A DNA stretch of 64,000 nucleotides from Candidatus Daviesbacteria bacterium (GTDB lineage Bacteria; Patescibacteriota; Microgenomatia; Daviesbacterales; UBA10151): the NCBI GenBank assembly GCA_028687915.1, contig JAQTZF010000001.1, forward strand, positions 866,634-930,633, read 5' to 3'. Below the pieces are notes generated by a model. The model did not search any database. It was not told the origin of the DNA and saw nothing but the letters and a program-made list of their open reading frames with translations. This document shows, one piece after another, positions 30,640-41,178 of this stretch. Numbering within the stretch: position 1 is the stretch's first letter; each line of letters begins with the position of its first letter. A program made the position numbers and the translations under genes.

Positions 30640-32141
30640 TGTAAGATTAATTCTACCAAAGTTTTTATTCCTACTCCAGTGGCTCCAGGAGCACTATATG
30701 GAGTTGGCTTTAAATCCCAGGCTGTTCCAGCAATATCAAGGTGAATCCAGGGAGTAGTTTCTTCCACCACTGTTTCAATAAATTTAGCAGCAGTAATAGA
30801 TCCTGCAGTAGATGGGCTGGATCCTCCATGACCAATATTGGTAATATCAGCAATATCAGATTTGATCATATCTTTATATTCTTCCCCTAAAGGCATCTGC
30901 CAAAACTTTTCACCAACTGTTTCTCCTAATTTTACTAATTTTTCTGAAAATTCTTTATTATTAGTAAAAACACCAGTGATTTTATCACCCAATGCCACAA
31001 CCATTGCTCCTGTCAAAGTTGCTAAATCAATTAATTTTGTAGCATTTAAATCCTTTTGAGCATAGGTCAAAGCATCCATTAAAACCAATCTTCCTTCTGC
31101 ATCAGTGTTTATTGTTTCAACTGTTTTTCCAGAATAGCTTTTAATAATATCTCCTGGTTTTAAGGCTTTTCCTGAAGGTAAATTCTCTGTTAATGCTAAA
31201 ACTGCAGATACATTAACCCTTGGCTTAAGCTCACCAATAATCTGCATCAGCCCTAAAACATTAGCTGCACCACACATATCATATTTCATTTCATGCATAC
31301 CTGAACTTGGTTTTATAGAAATTCCACCACTGTCAAAAGTTAAACCCTTGCCTATTAAACCATATTTATCTTTGCTTCTTGCGTTTCCTGTATACTCTAA
31401 AGCAACCACAAAAGATGGTTCATCTGAACCTTTGGCAACTGCAGCAAATGCACCCATTCCCTTCTTTTGAGCCATTTTTTCATCAATCACTGTTATTTTT
31501 AATTTAAAATCATGGGCAATCTTTTTAGCAGTTTCCACAAAGTAAGCAGGAGTTGCCTCATTTGGGGGTAAGTCACCATGTAATCTGGCCATGTTAATAC
31601 CAAGGGATACAACAGATGCTTTTTTGATAGCAATCTTATCCTCTCCTCTGGCTTTTTCTAAGAAAATTTGTAAACCGCCTAATTTTGTAGGTTCTTTTCC
31701 TGTTTTAAATCTGGTAGATGGATCATGAAATGCTATCTCTGCCCCTAAAACTAATGCATAAACTACAACATCTGAAGCTAATTTGTCTGATTCAGGTGGA
31801 ATTAATGTTGCATCTTTAAATCTATCAATTAAATATTTAGAAACAGTTCCACCAAAATTTTGACAAGTTTCAAAATCAAATTTATCCTTCTCTCCTACTC
31901 CAACCAATAAAAAGCTTTGTTCAGCATTAAAAAGAAGCTGAATTTCATTGGGGGCTCCAAATTTAGGGTTATCTTTTAAGAAATCTTTAATTAACTGATT
32001 TTCAAATTTTGGGGATTCATTTATAAAAACTGGAATGGCTATTATCTTTGCTTCCTTTAAAGACTCTTGGTCTGTGGATAATTGAATTCTCATGAAGCTA
32101 ATATTACGCTTATACGTGCGTGATGTCAATTGTAGGCACAA
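30636..32141 (-). CDS. pepA: Leucyl aminopeptidase (M17 family)
   Basis: M17 signature 'NTDAEGRLVLMDALTYA'. 501 aa. TGA stop. Confidence 0.9.
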   Translation of the reverse strand: MCLQLTSRTYKRNISFMRIQLSTDQESLKEAKIIAIPVFINESPKFENQLIKDFLKDNPKFGAPNEIQLLFNAEQSFLLVGVGEKDKFDFETCQNFGGTVSKYLIDRFKDATLIPPESDKLASDVVVYALVLGAEIAFHDPSTRFKTGKEPTKLGGLQIFLEKARGEDKIAIKKASVVSLGINMARLHGDLPPNEATPAYFVETAKKIAHDFKLKITVIDEKMAQKKGMGAFAAVAKGSDEPSFVVALEYTGNARSKDKYGLIGKGLTFDSGGISIKPSSGMHEMKYDMCGAANVLGLMQIIGELKPRVNVSAVLALTENLPSGKALKPGDIIKSYSGKTVETINTDAEGRLVLMDALTYAQKDLNATKLIDLATLTGAMVVALGDKITGVFTNNKEFSEKLVKLGETVGEKFWQMPLGEEYKDMIKSDIADITNIGHGGSSPSTAGSITAAKFIETVVEETTPWIHLDIAGTAWDLKPTPYSAPGATGVGIKTLVELILQ

Positions 32142-32146
32142 CTATT

Positions 32147-32232
32147 TGGTGCCGAAGGAGGGAGTTGAACCCTCAAGGCCTTGCGGCCAGTAGTTTTTGA
32201 GACTACCGCGTATACCATTCCGCCACTTCGGC
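32147..32232 (-). tRNA. tRNA-Leu (anticodon CAA), class II with long variable arm, CCA encoded
   Basis: Minus-strand read GCCGAAGTGGCGGAATGGTATACGCGGTAGTCTCAAAAACTACTGGCCGCAAGGCCTTGAGGGTTCAACTCCCTCCTTCGGCACCA. Acceptor 7 bp. Anticodon stem GTAGT/ACTAC with loop CTCAAAA. Variable arm GGCC/GGCC. T-arm GAGGG-TTCAACT-CCCTC. Confidence 0.85.
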
Positions 32233-32336
32233 AAGCTCAGTGCTGTAGCACTCAACATAAGGCAAATTATACCTAATTCCGGCATGTTTGTCATGGTAGC
32301 TTGATCTAAGTATCCTATAGGTATATAATTTCGCCT

Positions 32337-33137
32337 ATGTCAGTTAATCAGGAAATGCAAAAATTATTTGTTGCTGAAATAGTTGATAAACATAAAAATC
32401 TAATTAGCACACAACCTGATAGATTATCCACAGTTTCTTGGCAAGATGAAAACGTTGTCAGATCGCATTACGGTTTTCATCCTGAAATCCCAGGATATAC
32501 ATCTGAAGCAGGTCGTTTTCGAAGAAGAGCAGAAGTTGGGATTCAAATAGGTACAGAAGAACCTGTAAATGGTTTCATCAGACAATATGATGAGAGCTAT
32601 TTCTACACTGAAAGTAACAGATCTTTATCTTTAAGATTTGGCCCAAAACAAGGTCAGATGTTCGAAGGGGTATATTTTGATTTTAACTTAGTACTTCTTC
32701 AAAGAAATTTTATATTTTTATTTGATGATAATGGTGATTTAGTAAGTTTTATATTCCGAACACAAAATAATAATCACTCTTATTTATTTGATATTGCTCC
32801 TAAACAACATCAAGAAGATCTTGGAGATCTAAATCAAATGAAGCCTGTTGAAATACATGATACTCGCTACGGTTATATTCTTGAACCTAATCCAGATTCT
32901 TTAACTGTCAGTAGATTTCAAAACAAAAGATTATTAGATAGGATTAAAGTCCGAAGGCCAAATGTAGATAATACCAGAATCATGGAGGAAATTATTCCAC
33001 AAGAACTTTTAGATAACCCTTTTACTGATGATCATGAATTAGACTATTGGCGTATGCAGGACTTATTACCATTTGTTGTTACAGAGTTAGAACAATATCC
33101 GGAAGAAAATCAACAGTCTACTCACCCATATATTTAA
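32337..33137 (+). CDS. Hypothetical protein
   Basis: ORF track; contains an 'HPEIPGY' motif shared with 50824..51558. Confidence 0.55.
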   Translation: MSVNQEMQKLFVAEIVDKHKNLISTQPDRLSTVSWQDENVVRSHYGFHPEIPGYTSEAGRFRRRAEVGIQIGTEEPVNGFIRQYDESYFYTESNRSLSLRFGPKQGQMFEGVYFDFNLVLLQRNFIFLFDDNGDLVSFIFRTQNNNHSYLFDIAPKQHQEDLGDLNQMKPVEIHDTRYGYILEPNPDSLTVSRFQNKRLLDRIKVRRPNVDNTRIMEEIIPQELLDNPFTDDHELDYWRMQDLLPFVVTELEQYPEENQQSTHPYI

Positions 33138-33372
33138 ATCTTGGGACTGGTTTGCCTTCTACAACAACATTTTCTAAAAACATCTTTTTGGGCCTTATCC
33201 AAACAGCATTAGTACCAAACTCAGGGCTGGTATACATAGCTTTATAGATTACATATTCTTCCAGTGTTTCACTATGAATAGCTTCACCTATTACTTCATA
33301 AGGCTTTCCTTTATAGTGCTGATATTTACCTAACTTAATTTTCTTCATTTGAATCATTAAATATTTTTTCAA
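33118..33372 (-). CDS. DUF1653-family small protein
   Basis: 'YQHYKGKPYEVIGEAIHSETLEEYVIYKAMY...WIRP' matches the DUF1653 consensus from memory. Confidence 0.6.
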   Translation of the reverse strand: MKKYLMIQMKKIKLGKYQHYKGKPYEVIGEAIHSETLEEYVIYKAMYTSPEFGTNAVWIRPKKMFLENVVVEGKPVPRFKYMGE

Positions 33373-33904
33373 ATTTAGTTATTGCTATGATCGTACTTGG
33401 ATCAGTAACTAAAGCTCTTGCTTCTTTAATATTTTTCCAGCCTATTTCGGAAAATTCTGTATCCAATCTTTCTTTTTCAGGCGCAAAAGAAGCTTTTGAA
33501 ACTGGAACAAAATACCAAATATCATAATGCTTTATACACTTCATCCTTGGATTATTAGTTGAATTAATTATATTAGCAACAGTAATAAGTCTTGGCTCAC
33601 CTAAATTTTGCAAAGGTATTTGTACACCCCACTCCTCCCCCATCTCCCTAAATAATGTTTCTTCAAGAGCTTCCCCTTTATCTACATGCCCACCATTAAA
33701 CAACCATAACCCAGATTTTTTATGATGACCAATAAAGACTTCTTTGCTGCCAGGGTCATATGCTGCGAAGTACACACAAAAATGGGATAGGACATTTTCA
33801 TCTCTAGTTAAGCCCCCTTCTTCCACTCTATCCAAGTAGTCTTTTGATACAGGTAAATCTGCAAATTTTTTAGCGATAATCTTTACTTGTTCAACCAGTT
33901 TCAT
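33335..33904 (-). CDS. NUDIX hydrolase
   Basis: Nudix box 'GGHVDKGEALEETLFREMGEEWGV' (GX5EX7REUXEEXGU). Confidence 0.8.
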   Translation of the reverse strand: MKLVEQVKIIAKKFADLPVSKDYLDRVEEGGLTRDENVLSHFCVYFAAYDPGSKEVFIGHHKKSGLWLFNGGHVDKGEALEETLFREMGEEWGVQIPLQNLGEPRLITVANIINSTNNPRMKCIKHYDIWYFVPVSKASFAPEKERLDTEFSEIGWKNIKEARALVTDPSTIIAITKFEKIFNDSNEEN

Positions 33905-33913
33905 TTTTTAGGA

Positions 33914-35266
33914 TTATTTACCAGCTGGTTCTTCATGAGCTGGAGGTCTGCCTCGTCCTCTTTCCATACCATAAAACTTTACTTTTTCCGGGATAAACAT
34001 TAACTTTATTTCCCCTGTTGGACCATTTCTGTGCTTTTGAATATCTAAAGTTGTATCTTTCATATTATCCGGGTCCTCACGGTAGATAAACATGACAACA
34101 TCAGCGTCTTGTTCAATTGCTCCAGATTCACGAAGATCTGCCAATTGTGGTCTTCTTGATCCCCTTGATTCAACAGCCCGGGATAACTGGGAACAACAAA
34201 GAACAGGCACTTTTAATTCCCTGGCTAAATTCTTAAGCCCCTGAGAAATTTCTGAAACTTCCTGTACCCTATTTTCTTGTCCTCTTCCATGAATTAACTG
34301 TAAATAATCGATAACCAAAAGCTTCAAACCATGTTCCATTTGTAGCCTTCTGGCTTTAGTTCTGATTTCTGCCAAAGATAAACCCGGAGTATCATCAATA
34401 AAAAGTGGTGCTTCTGCCAATTCTCCATAAGCATGGGAAATTTTATCAAAATCACTATCATCCAATTTACCTGTTTTTAACTTCCAGGCTTCAATTTCTG
34501 ATTTTGAAACAATAATTCTGTCCACCAATTCTTCCTGAGACATTTCAAGAGAAAAAATTCCCACAGGAAGTCCTGCTCTAACAGCTACATACTCTGCCAC
34601 ATTTAAAACAAATGATGTTTTTCCCTGTCCAGGACGTGCCGCAAAAATAATCAAATTAGATTCCTGCATTCCTGCTAATTTACTATCCAAATCCTTAAAC
34701 CCTGTAGGTACTCCACGTAATTTTCCAGAAGATTTTTGTAACTCATCCAAACGATCAAAAGAGATAGTTAATAAATCCTTAAGAGGCATGAAATCACGTT
34801 TTAAACTTGCCTGGGAAAGAGAAAAAATTCCCTGTTCTGCACTTTCCAGTAATGTTGCAACAGGAACAGTTTCATCATAGGCAGTCTCAACTAGCTTAGT
34901 AGCCTGAGAAATCAGTCCACGCCTTATGGCATGTTCTTTAATAATCCTGGCATAATGTTCAATGTGAGCAGAAGTTGGAACAATATTTACCAAAGTTGTA
35001 AGATATGCTGATCCACCAACAATATCTAGACATTCCACTTGTCGAAGCTTCTCTGTCACTGTAACTAAATCAATTGGCTCTCGTTTATCATAAAGATCCA
35101 TAATAGCTTCATAGATCTTTCCATGTTGTTCTGAACGATAAAAATGGTAAGAAGAAACCATTTCAGCAATTTTTATAACAGCATCTTTATCAATTAAAAG
35201 TGCACCAAGAAGGGATTGTTCTGCTTCAATATTTTGTGGTGGAAGTTTATTTATTTGATTTGCCAT
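33914..35266 (-). CDS. dnaB: Replicative DNA helicase
   Basis: 'LPPQNIEAEQSLLGALL' N-terminal DnaB motif. Walker A 'ARPGQGKTSF'. Walker B 'LLVIDYLQL'. Confidence 0.9.
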   Translation of the reverse strand: MANQINKLPPQNIEAEQSLLGALLIDKDAVIKIAEMVSSYHFYRSEQHGKIYEAIMDLYDKREPIDLVTVTEKLRQVECLDIVGGSAYLTTLVNIVPTSAHIEHYARIIKEHAIRRGLISQATKLVETAYDETVPVATLLESAEQGIFSLSQASLKRDFMPLKDLLTISFDRLDELQKSSGKLRGVPTGFKDLDSKLAGMQESNLIIFAARPGQGKTSFVLNVAEYVAVRAGLPVGIFSLEMSQEELVDRIIVSKSEIEAWKLKTGKLDDSDFDKISHAYGELAEAPLFIDDTPGLSLAEIRTKARRLQMEHGLKLLVIDYLQLIHGRGQENRVQEVSEISQGLKNLARELKVPVLCCSQLSRAVESRGSRRPQLADLRESGAIEQDADVVMFIYREDPDNMKDTTLDIQKHRNGPTGEIKLMFIPEKVKFYGMERGRGRPPAHEEPAGK

Positions 35267-35282
35267 AATAGTGGTCAGCTAT

Positions 35283-35930
35283 TTAGCTTTTTGCTAATAC
35301 CACAACAGTGGTGGTGTCTGGCAGTTTATCCTTTGTAATTGATAACTTTGATTGAGGTTCAATATTTTCTGCAGCCATTTCTTTTAAGAATGGTTCAACA
35401 TCTCCCAGGTCAAACTTTAAGCCCGGTTCTTTATAATGCATTGGGATTACTATTTTTGGTTCAAGCTGAGCAATAACCTTAACTGCATCTTCACCTTCTA
35501 TGGTAGGACCTCCACCAACTGGAATCATTACAATATCAGACTGATCAATTAAGCTAAGTTGTTCCTCTGTTAAAACATGACCTAAATCACCCAAATGAAT
35601 TATATTAATTCCATCCATAAAGATATGATAGATTGTATTAATGCCTCTTTCACTTCCTTTAACATTATCGTGAAATGTTCTTATACCAACAATAGTAACT
35701 CCTGCTTTTTCATATTCCCCAGGTCCGCTAACTAAAAGAGGATCACCAGTTACAGCTTCTGTATAATTATGATCTTTATGTTCATGTGTTGATAAAGCAA
35801 CATCTGCTGCTAAATCTTTGGAGAGTTTTAATCCGGTAAATTCAGGATCAAATGGATCAATAATTACTGTAGCTGATTTACCTTTTATTTTAAAACAGGA
35901 GTGTCCTAACCAATGAATATCCATGGCCAC
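35283..35930 (-). CDS. MBL-fold metallo-hydrolase
   Basis: 'STHEHKDHN' metal-binding HxHxDH motif. Confidence 0.75.
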   Translation of the reverse strand: MAMDIHWLGHSCFKIKGKSATVIIDPFDPEFTGLKLSKDLAADVALSTHEHKDHNYTEAVTGDPLLVSGPGEYEKAGVTIVGIRTFHDNVKGSERGINTIYHIFMDGINIIHLGDLGHVLTEEQLSLIDQSDIVMIPVGGGPTIEGEDAVKVIAQLEPKIVIPMHYKEPGLKFDLGDVEPFLKEMAAENIEPQSKLSITKDKLPDTTTVVVLAKS

Positions 35931-35985
35931 ATGTTAACATAATATTTGATTTAATCACAAGTAGGATATAGGGTATAATGTATCG

Positions 35986-36477
35986 GTGCATCTGACCCGA
36001 TTAAAAGGAAATACAGTACAAAATGAACCTAAAAATAGGTTTAAACAATATATGAATAAAAAATTAAGTTCAAGCTTTTTTATCTTTTCAATGATTGCTA
36101 TTTTAGTAGTAACCTGTGGCTTTTTTATCAGCTTAAACTTTTTTGTTAATCCCTTACAAAAACAAATAACTGCTCTAAATTACCAGCCTGTTACCAATAA
36201 ACCAGTTAGTCTTACATTAAATTTATCCAATCCTGATGATAACTTATTAGTCTTTGATCCAAACCTGCTAATAGCAGGTCAGTCTGGCTCCGGAACATTA
36301 ATTTTAGTTACAGTAAATGATAACAACCAAACTCTTAATGCTTCTGAAAAAGGAGATTTTTCTTTAACTGTTAAACTACAACCAGGCAGTAACCAGATTG
36401 TAGTTTCTGCTTTTGATGAATTAGGCAACTATAAAAGTGAAGAACGTTCAATCTATTATTCAGAGGAAAAAATATGA
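35986..36477 (+). CDS. Hypothetical membrane-anchored/secreted protein; likely true start is the ATG at 36052 (MNKKLSSSFFIF...)
   Basis: ORF track; N-terminal TM/signal after the MNKK start. Confidence 0.55.
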   Translation: MHLTRLKGNTVQNEPKNRFKQYMNKKLSSSFFIFSMIAILVVTCGFFISLNFFVNPLQKQITALNYQPVTNKPVSLTLNLSNPDDNLLVFDPNLLIAGQSGSGTLILVTVNDNNQTLNASEKGDFSLTVKLQPGSNQIVVSAFDELGNYKSEERSIYYSEEKI

Positions 36478-37184
36478 TAAAAAAACTTATTCTTTATTTT
36501 TGTTATTTATTCTTAATTCTTAATTCTTTAATCTTTATCCCTGTTGCCAAAGCAGCAGACTCCTCCCCCAGTGCCAGTATTCAATCAAAATTAAAAGCTC
36601 TTCAGGAAGAGATTGCATCCCGGGCTGCAAATATTAAGAATGAAGTTAGTAAGAAACTTTTTAACAGGGCTTATGTAGGAACTGTTAAAAACAAAGATAC
36701 TAATTCTATAACAGTTACCCTTAAATCAAACTCAGGAAATATTAATACAAATGAATTTACAGAATATGTAATTAAATCAAAGACACTAATCGGTAGTAGT
36801 GGCTTAAAAAATATTACAACCTCAGACTCCATAGCTGCTTTAGGAGATATTGATGATAAGGGTGTTTTAACAGCTAAAAGGATTATTAAACTAACAAAGC
36901 CTAATAACCCCAAAAAAGTAATCTATGGTAAATTAACTTCTGTTGCTACATCATCAGCCACTTTAAAAGACTTCCAGGATAATCAATTTTCAATTACTTT
37001 TGATAAAAACACAGACTATCAGGTTGAAAAATCAAAAGGCATCTTTAATGATATAAAAGTAAATACACTGATTATTGCTGTTACAGAGCAAACAACCCCG
37101 GATACACTCTTAACTAAATTTGTTTATATTCTTCCTGGTGGATTAAAGATTAAGAATTCTACTTCTTCTGCTAAAACCCCTTAA
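36474..37184 (+). CDS. Hypothetical secreted protein (signal peptide)
   Basis: ORF track; ATGA overlap with the previous gene. Confidence 0.6.
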   Translation: MIKKLILYFCYLFLILNSLIFIPVAKAADSSPSASIQSKLKALQEEIASRAANIKNEVSKKLFNRAYVGTVKNKDTNSITVTLKSNSGNINTNEFTEYVIKSKTLIGSSGLKNITTSDSIAALGDIDDKGVLTAKRIIKLTKPNNPKKVIYGKLTSVATSSATLKDFQDNQFSITFDKNTDYQVEKSKGIFNDIKVNTLIIAVTEQTTPDTLLTKFVYILPGGLKIKNSTSSAKTP

Positions 37185-38317
37185 AGATATTCTTCCATTT
37201 TCTCTTCTTTTAATTTCTCAATTACTTTTTTAACATCCTGTGTTTTATCTTTATGACAAATTAAAATGGCATCTTTGGTATCAACCACAATAATATCTTT
37301 TAATCCTATTACAGCAATTAATTTTTGATTACCCTGAATTAAACATTCTTCACTGTTTATGTTTACTAATAAATCTTCTACCCCATCAACTACATTGCCA
37401 TTCTCATCTTTTTTCTTGGTATCATAAATTACTTTCCAATCCCCCACATCATTCCAACCAAAATCCCCTGGAATAACCACAAGGTTATTAACTCTCTCAG
37501 ATACAGCCACATCAATTTGAACATTCTCTGCATCTTCATACACCTTTTGTGTGACTCCTTTTGATTCTTTTGTATCTAAGGATTGAAAAATTTGTTCTAA
37601 GCCACGATTCAGGCCCGGTGCATGTTTAGCGATTGCATTAGCAAGTGCTTCAACCGACCAACAATAAAGGTTTGCATTCCACAAATATTTACCAGAATTC
37701 AAAAATGTTTGGGCTGTTTCAATGTCTGGTTTTTCCTTAAATCCATCACACTTATAAACAAAATGTTTTGCAGTGGAGTAATCCTTTAAAGCCTGTCCTG
37801 TCTTTATATAACCCAAACCTGTATGGGCAAAGGTAGGCTTAATCCCAATTGAAACCAGATGGTTATCTGCTGCCGCCACCCCTAAAGCTAGCTCAATAGT
37901 ATTACAAAAAGCTTCTTCATCCTCAATTAATTGATCTGCAGCCAAATTAACCACCACTGCCATCGGATCTATCTTTCGAATCACAGTTGAGGCTAAACCC
38001 ATAGCTAAAGCAGTGTTTTTGCTCATAGGCTCAGCAATAATATTTTCTTCCAGCAACCCTGGAAGCTGCTCTTTAATATCTTTGACATAATTTTCTAAAG
38101 TTATCAGGTAGATTCTTTCTTTAGGAATAAGGGGTTTAATTCGATCATATGTTTGCTGAACCATGGTTCTTTTACCATAAAGCTTTAGCAAATGTTTAGG
38201 TGTTTTCTTGCGGGATTTTGGCCACAATCTGGTCCCTCCACCGCCTGCAAGAATCACAGCATAAAAATGCTCATTCATATAAGAGATACTATACATAACT
38301 TCTTTTAGTAAAAACAA
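37181..38317 (-). CDS. Mannose-1-phosphate guanylyltransferase-like nucleotidyltransferase (probable true start at 38278, MNEHFYAVILAGG)
   Basis: 'AVILAGGGGTRLWPKSR' NTP-transferase motif. Confidence 0.8.
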   Translation of the reverse strand: MFLLKEVMYSISYMNEHFYAVILAGGGGTRLWPKSRKKTPKHLLKLYGKRTMVQQTYDRIKPLIPKERIYLITLENYVKDIKEQLPGLLEENIIAEPMSKNTALAMGLASTVIRKIDPMAVVVNLAADQLIEDEEAFCNTIELALGVAAADNHLVSIGIKPTFAHTGLGYIKTGQALKDYSTAKHFVYKCDGFKEKPDIETAQTFLNSGKYLWNANLYCWSVEALANAIAKHAPGLNRGLEQIFQSLDTKESKGVTQKVYEDAENVQIDVAVSERVNNLVVIPGDFGWNDVGDWKVIYDTKKKDENGNVVDGVEDLLVNINSEECLIQGNQKLIAVIGLKDIIVVDTKDAILICHKDKTQDVKKVIEKLKEEKMEEYL

Positions 38318-38364
38318 TAGGCTTTTTTGCTCTAATACTAGTTTTTATGAGATAATAACCTAAT

Positions 38365-39627
38365 ATGAAACAAATTATTTCACCAGTAAAAGGCACCCGA
38401 GACTTTTATCCGGAACAAATGGCTTTCCGGAACTGGCTCTATGAAAAAATTCAAACTTTGAGTCAAAAATATGGATATCAGGAATATGATGGACCTGTTT
38501 TAGAATATCTTGACCTTTATACAAATAAAACAAGTGAAGAAATATTAAAAACACAGGCTTTTACCTTACAGGACCGCGATGGACGCTCTCTAATCCTGCG
38601 CCCGGAGCTTACCCCTACTTTTGCCCGAATGGTTGCCCAAAAAGCTGAGCAATTACCCAAAGAAATACGTTGGTTCTCTTTTGGCAGAGCCTGGAGATAT
38701 GAGCAACCACAAAAAGGACGAGGCAGAGAATTTTTTCAGTGGGAAATTAATCTTTTAGGACCGGAAAGTCCGGAAGCTGATGCTGAAATTTTGGCGATAG
38801 CAGCAGATTACCTAAAATCCCTGAATCTTACTTCAAAAGAAGTAGTTATCAAGGTTAGTGATAGGAGCTTTATGCAGGAAGAATTAAAATCCTTTGGTTT
38901 AACAGAAGAACAAATTATGCCTGTTTTTAGAATTATCGACCGCAAAAATAAAATTTCTGCAGAACAATTTAATCAGGATCTAGCCAAAGAAGGTATAAGT
39001 TTAGAACAAGCCAAAAAAATTGAAAAACTTTTAAGTGAGAAAAATTTCTCTAAATCACCATGGCTTTCTAAGATTTTTGAATCCTTAAAGTTATATGAAG
39101 ATATTTTTGAGTATTTTGAATTTGATCCTACTATTATCCGTGGTTTTGATTATTACACAAAAACTGTTTTTGAAGCCTGGGATAGAGGTGAAGGATTTAA
39201 AAGAGCCTTATTTGGAGGAGGAAGATTTGATAATTTAACTTCACAAATAGGTGGTCCAAAAGTCCCTGGTGTGGGTATGGCTCCTGGTGATTATGCTGCT
39301 CAGGTAATTTTAGAGGAATATGGGAAAATGCCAAATATTTCTCCCAAAACTGCTGCTGTTTTAGTAACTGTTTTTAATCCTGAACTATCTTCAGAATCCT
39401 TAAAATTAGCAGCTAAGCTGCGAAAAGCTAATATTAATACAGAACTTTGGGCAGAAAATGAAGCTAAACTGGATAAACAGTTAAAATATGCTGATCAAAA
39501 AGGTATTCCTTATGTAATTATTATTGGCCCGGAAGAAGCAGAAAATAAAACATATACCTTAAAAAACTTATCAGCTAAATCTCAGGAGGTATTATCTCTT
39601 GATGAAATCACCCGCAAATTATCCTAA
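38365..39627 (+). CDS. hisS: Histidine--tRNA ligase
   Basis: Class II motifs and HisRS-specific 'RGFDYYT', 'GGGRFDNL'. Confidence 0.9.
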   Translation: MKQIISPVKGTRDFYPEQMAFRNWLYEKIQTLSQKYGYQEYDGPVLEYLDLYTNKTSEEILKTQAFTLQDRDGRSLILRPELTPTFARMVAQKAEQLPKEIRWFSFGRAWRYEQPQKGRGREFFQWEINLLGPESPEADAEILAIAADYLKSLNLTSKEVVIKVSDRSFMQEELKSFGLTEEQIMPVFRIIDRKNKISAEQFNQDLAKEGISLEQAKKIEKLLSEKNFSKSPWLSKIFESLKLYEDIFEYFEFDPTIIRGFDYYTKTVFEAWDRGEGFKRALFGGGRFDNLTSQIGGPKVPGVGMAPGDYAAQVILEEYGKMPNISPKTAAVLVTVFNPELSSESLKLAAKLRKANINTELWAENEAKLDKQLKYADQKGIPYVIIIGPEEAENKTYTLKNLSAKSQEVLSLDEITRKLS

Positions 39628-39636
39628 TATAAATAT

Positions 39637-40668
39637 ATGACTTCTCAAATTTTTACAAAAAGCTGGCCCTATACAGCTATAATTTTAGCTCATCTTATCT
39701 GGGGTGTTAATTTTGTAGTAGTTAAATTAACTATTCAGGAAATTCCCCCAATGTCCCTGGCTTTTATTAAATTCACTGCTGCAGCACTACTTTTATTACC
39801 ATTCTTAATTATTTCCGGAGATGCTCCCTGGACTAATTTACGAAGGTTATTTAAATTTTTACCCCAGGCAAATAGCCCTAAAAAAGACTCTATAGATTTA
39901 TTGGAAGGACAAACACAAAAGTTTTTTGATCGCCGCGATACTCTTAAAGTAATTGCAGTTGGAGTTTTAATGATCACCTTAAACACAGCTTTTTTCTTTT
40001 TGGGGCTTGAGAGAACTACAGTCTCATCAGCTTCAATTTTAACCTTAGTTATTCCTATAATTTCTATTCTAATAGGATGGGCTGTTCTTAAGGAAAAAGT
40101 ATATGTAGTTAATGTTTTTGGTGTTTTGGCAGGTCTTTTTGGTACTATTGCTGTTTTAGGTATTCCCCTAATTTCAATTGGTGCAGGTTTATCAACAAAC
40201 ACTATGATTGGAAATTTTTTAATTATTTTAGCTGCTGTATGTTGGGTAATAGGAGCTTTATTTTCTAAACAGCTGTTACAAAAATACTCCACCTTAACAA
40301 TATCTTTCTTAATTTTTTGTGTTGGGTCTGTAACTTTTTTAATTCCTGCTATAAATGAATTTATACAAAATCCTACCTGGTATCAAAATGTTACATATTT
40401 AGGCATGTTTGGTGTTATATATATGACTTTAGCCTCTTCTATTTGTGGCTATTTCTTGTTTACCTGGAGTTTAGATCAAATTGGTGTTGCCAAGGCTGAC
40501 TTTTTCCAATACTTAGAGCCGGTAGTAGCTATTAGCTTAGGCATACTTACACTTGGTGAAGAACTCCGTTATTCATACGTTTTGGGAGCAATTTTAATCA
40601 TGCTGGGAGCCTATTGGAGTACATTAGCTAAAACACAGCATAAGCATCCCAAATACCACAGGCATTAA
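39637..40668 (+). CDS. EamA/DMT-superfamily transporter (10 TM)
   Basis: Duplicated EamA-like hydrophobic halves. Confidence 0.7.
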   Translation: MTSQIFTKSWPYTAIILAHLIWGVNFVVVKLTIQEIPPMSLAFIKFTAAALLLLPFLIISGDAPWTNLRRLFKFLPQANSPKKDSIDLLEGQTQKFFDRRDTLKVIAVGVLMITLNTAFFFLGLERTTVSSASILTLVIPIISILIGWAVLKEKVYVVNVFGVLAGLFGTIAVLGIPLISIGAGLSTNTMIGNFLIILAAVCWVIGALFSKQLLQKYSTLTISFLIFCVGSVTFLIPAINEFIQNPTWYQNVTYLGMFGVIYMTLASSICGYFLFTWSLDQIGVAKADFFQYLEPVVAISLGILTLGEELRYSYVLGAILIMLGAYWSTLAKTQHKHPKYHRH

Positions 40669-40767
40669 TTAAGGCTAGCTTCTTAAAAGAAATTCTGCTA
40701 TAATTACTACTTATAAGCAGAGCTTGAAATTTTTTAATTTTAAGTTTTGTGATAGAATCAAAAAATT

Positions 40768-41094
40768 ATGAAAGCAAATATACATCCAACTTGGAATACC
40801 GACGCCAAAATCACCTGTGTTTGTGGTAATACTTTTACTGCAGGTTCAACACAAGAACAAATTAGGGTGGAAATTTGTTCTGCTTGTCACCCATTTTTTA
40901 CTGGCCAACAAAAGTTTGTTGATACACAGGGACAAGTTGAAAAATTCAGCAAGGCCTTAGAAGTTTCTAAAGCTAAAAAAGAAAGCAGAGAAAAGATCCT
41001 TGAAAACAGAGCTATGAAAGTTGCTGTTGAAAAAACAGAAAAACCATCACTCAGAGATCTTCTTATGCAAGCCCGCAAAAAATCCGCTTCCTAG
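40768..41094 (+). CDS. rpmE: 50S ribosomal protein L31
   Basis: '[10 protein letters not shown]...CVCGNTF...[12 protein letters not shown]' zinc-ribbon L31 signature. Confidence 0.9.
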   Translation: MKANIHPTWNTDAKITCVCGNTFTAGSTQEQIRVEICSACHPFFTGQQKFVDTQGQVEKFSKALEVSKAKKESREKILENRAMKVAVEKTEKPSLRDLLMQARKKSAS

Positions 41095-41178
41095 CTCCAC
41101 TGTCATCCTGAACAGAGTGAAGGATCTAGATTCTTCTGGTCCGCTGGACCATCAGAATGACAATAGTATAATTAACCA

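Noticed and set aside
35947-35979. TTGATT ... TATAAT promoter upstream of 35986
   Set aside because: Hexamers are good but the spacer is 21 nt, too long for a canonical sigma70 promoter; kept only as a weak possibility.
40724-40758. TTGAAA / TGATAGAAT promoter for rpmE
   Set aside because: Spacer about 23 nt; not convincing without TSS data.
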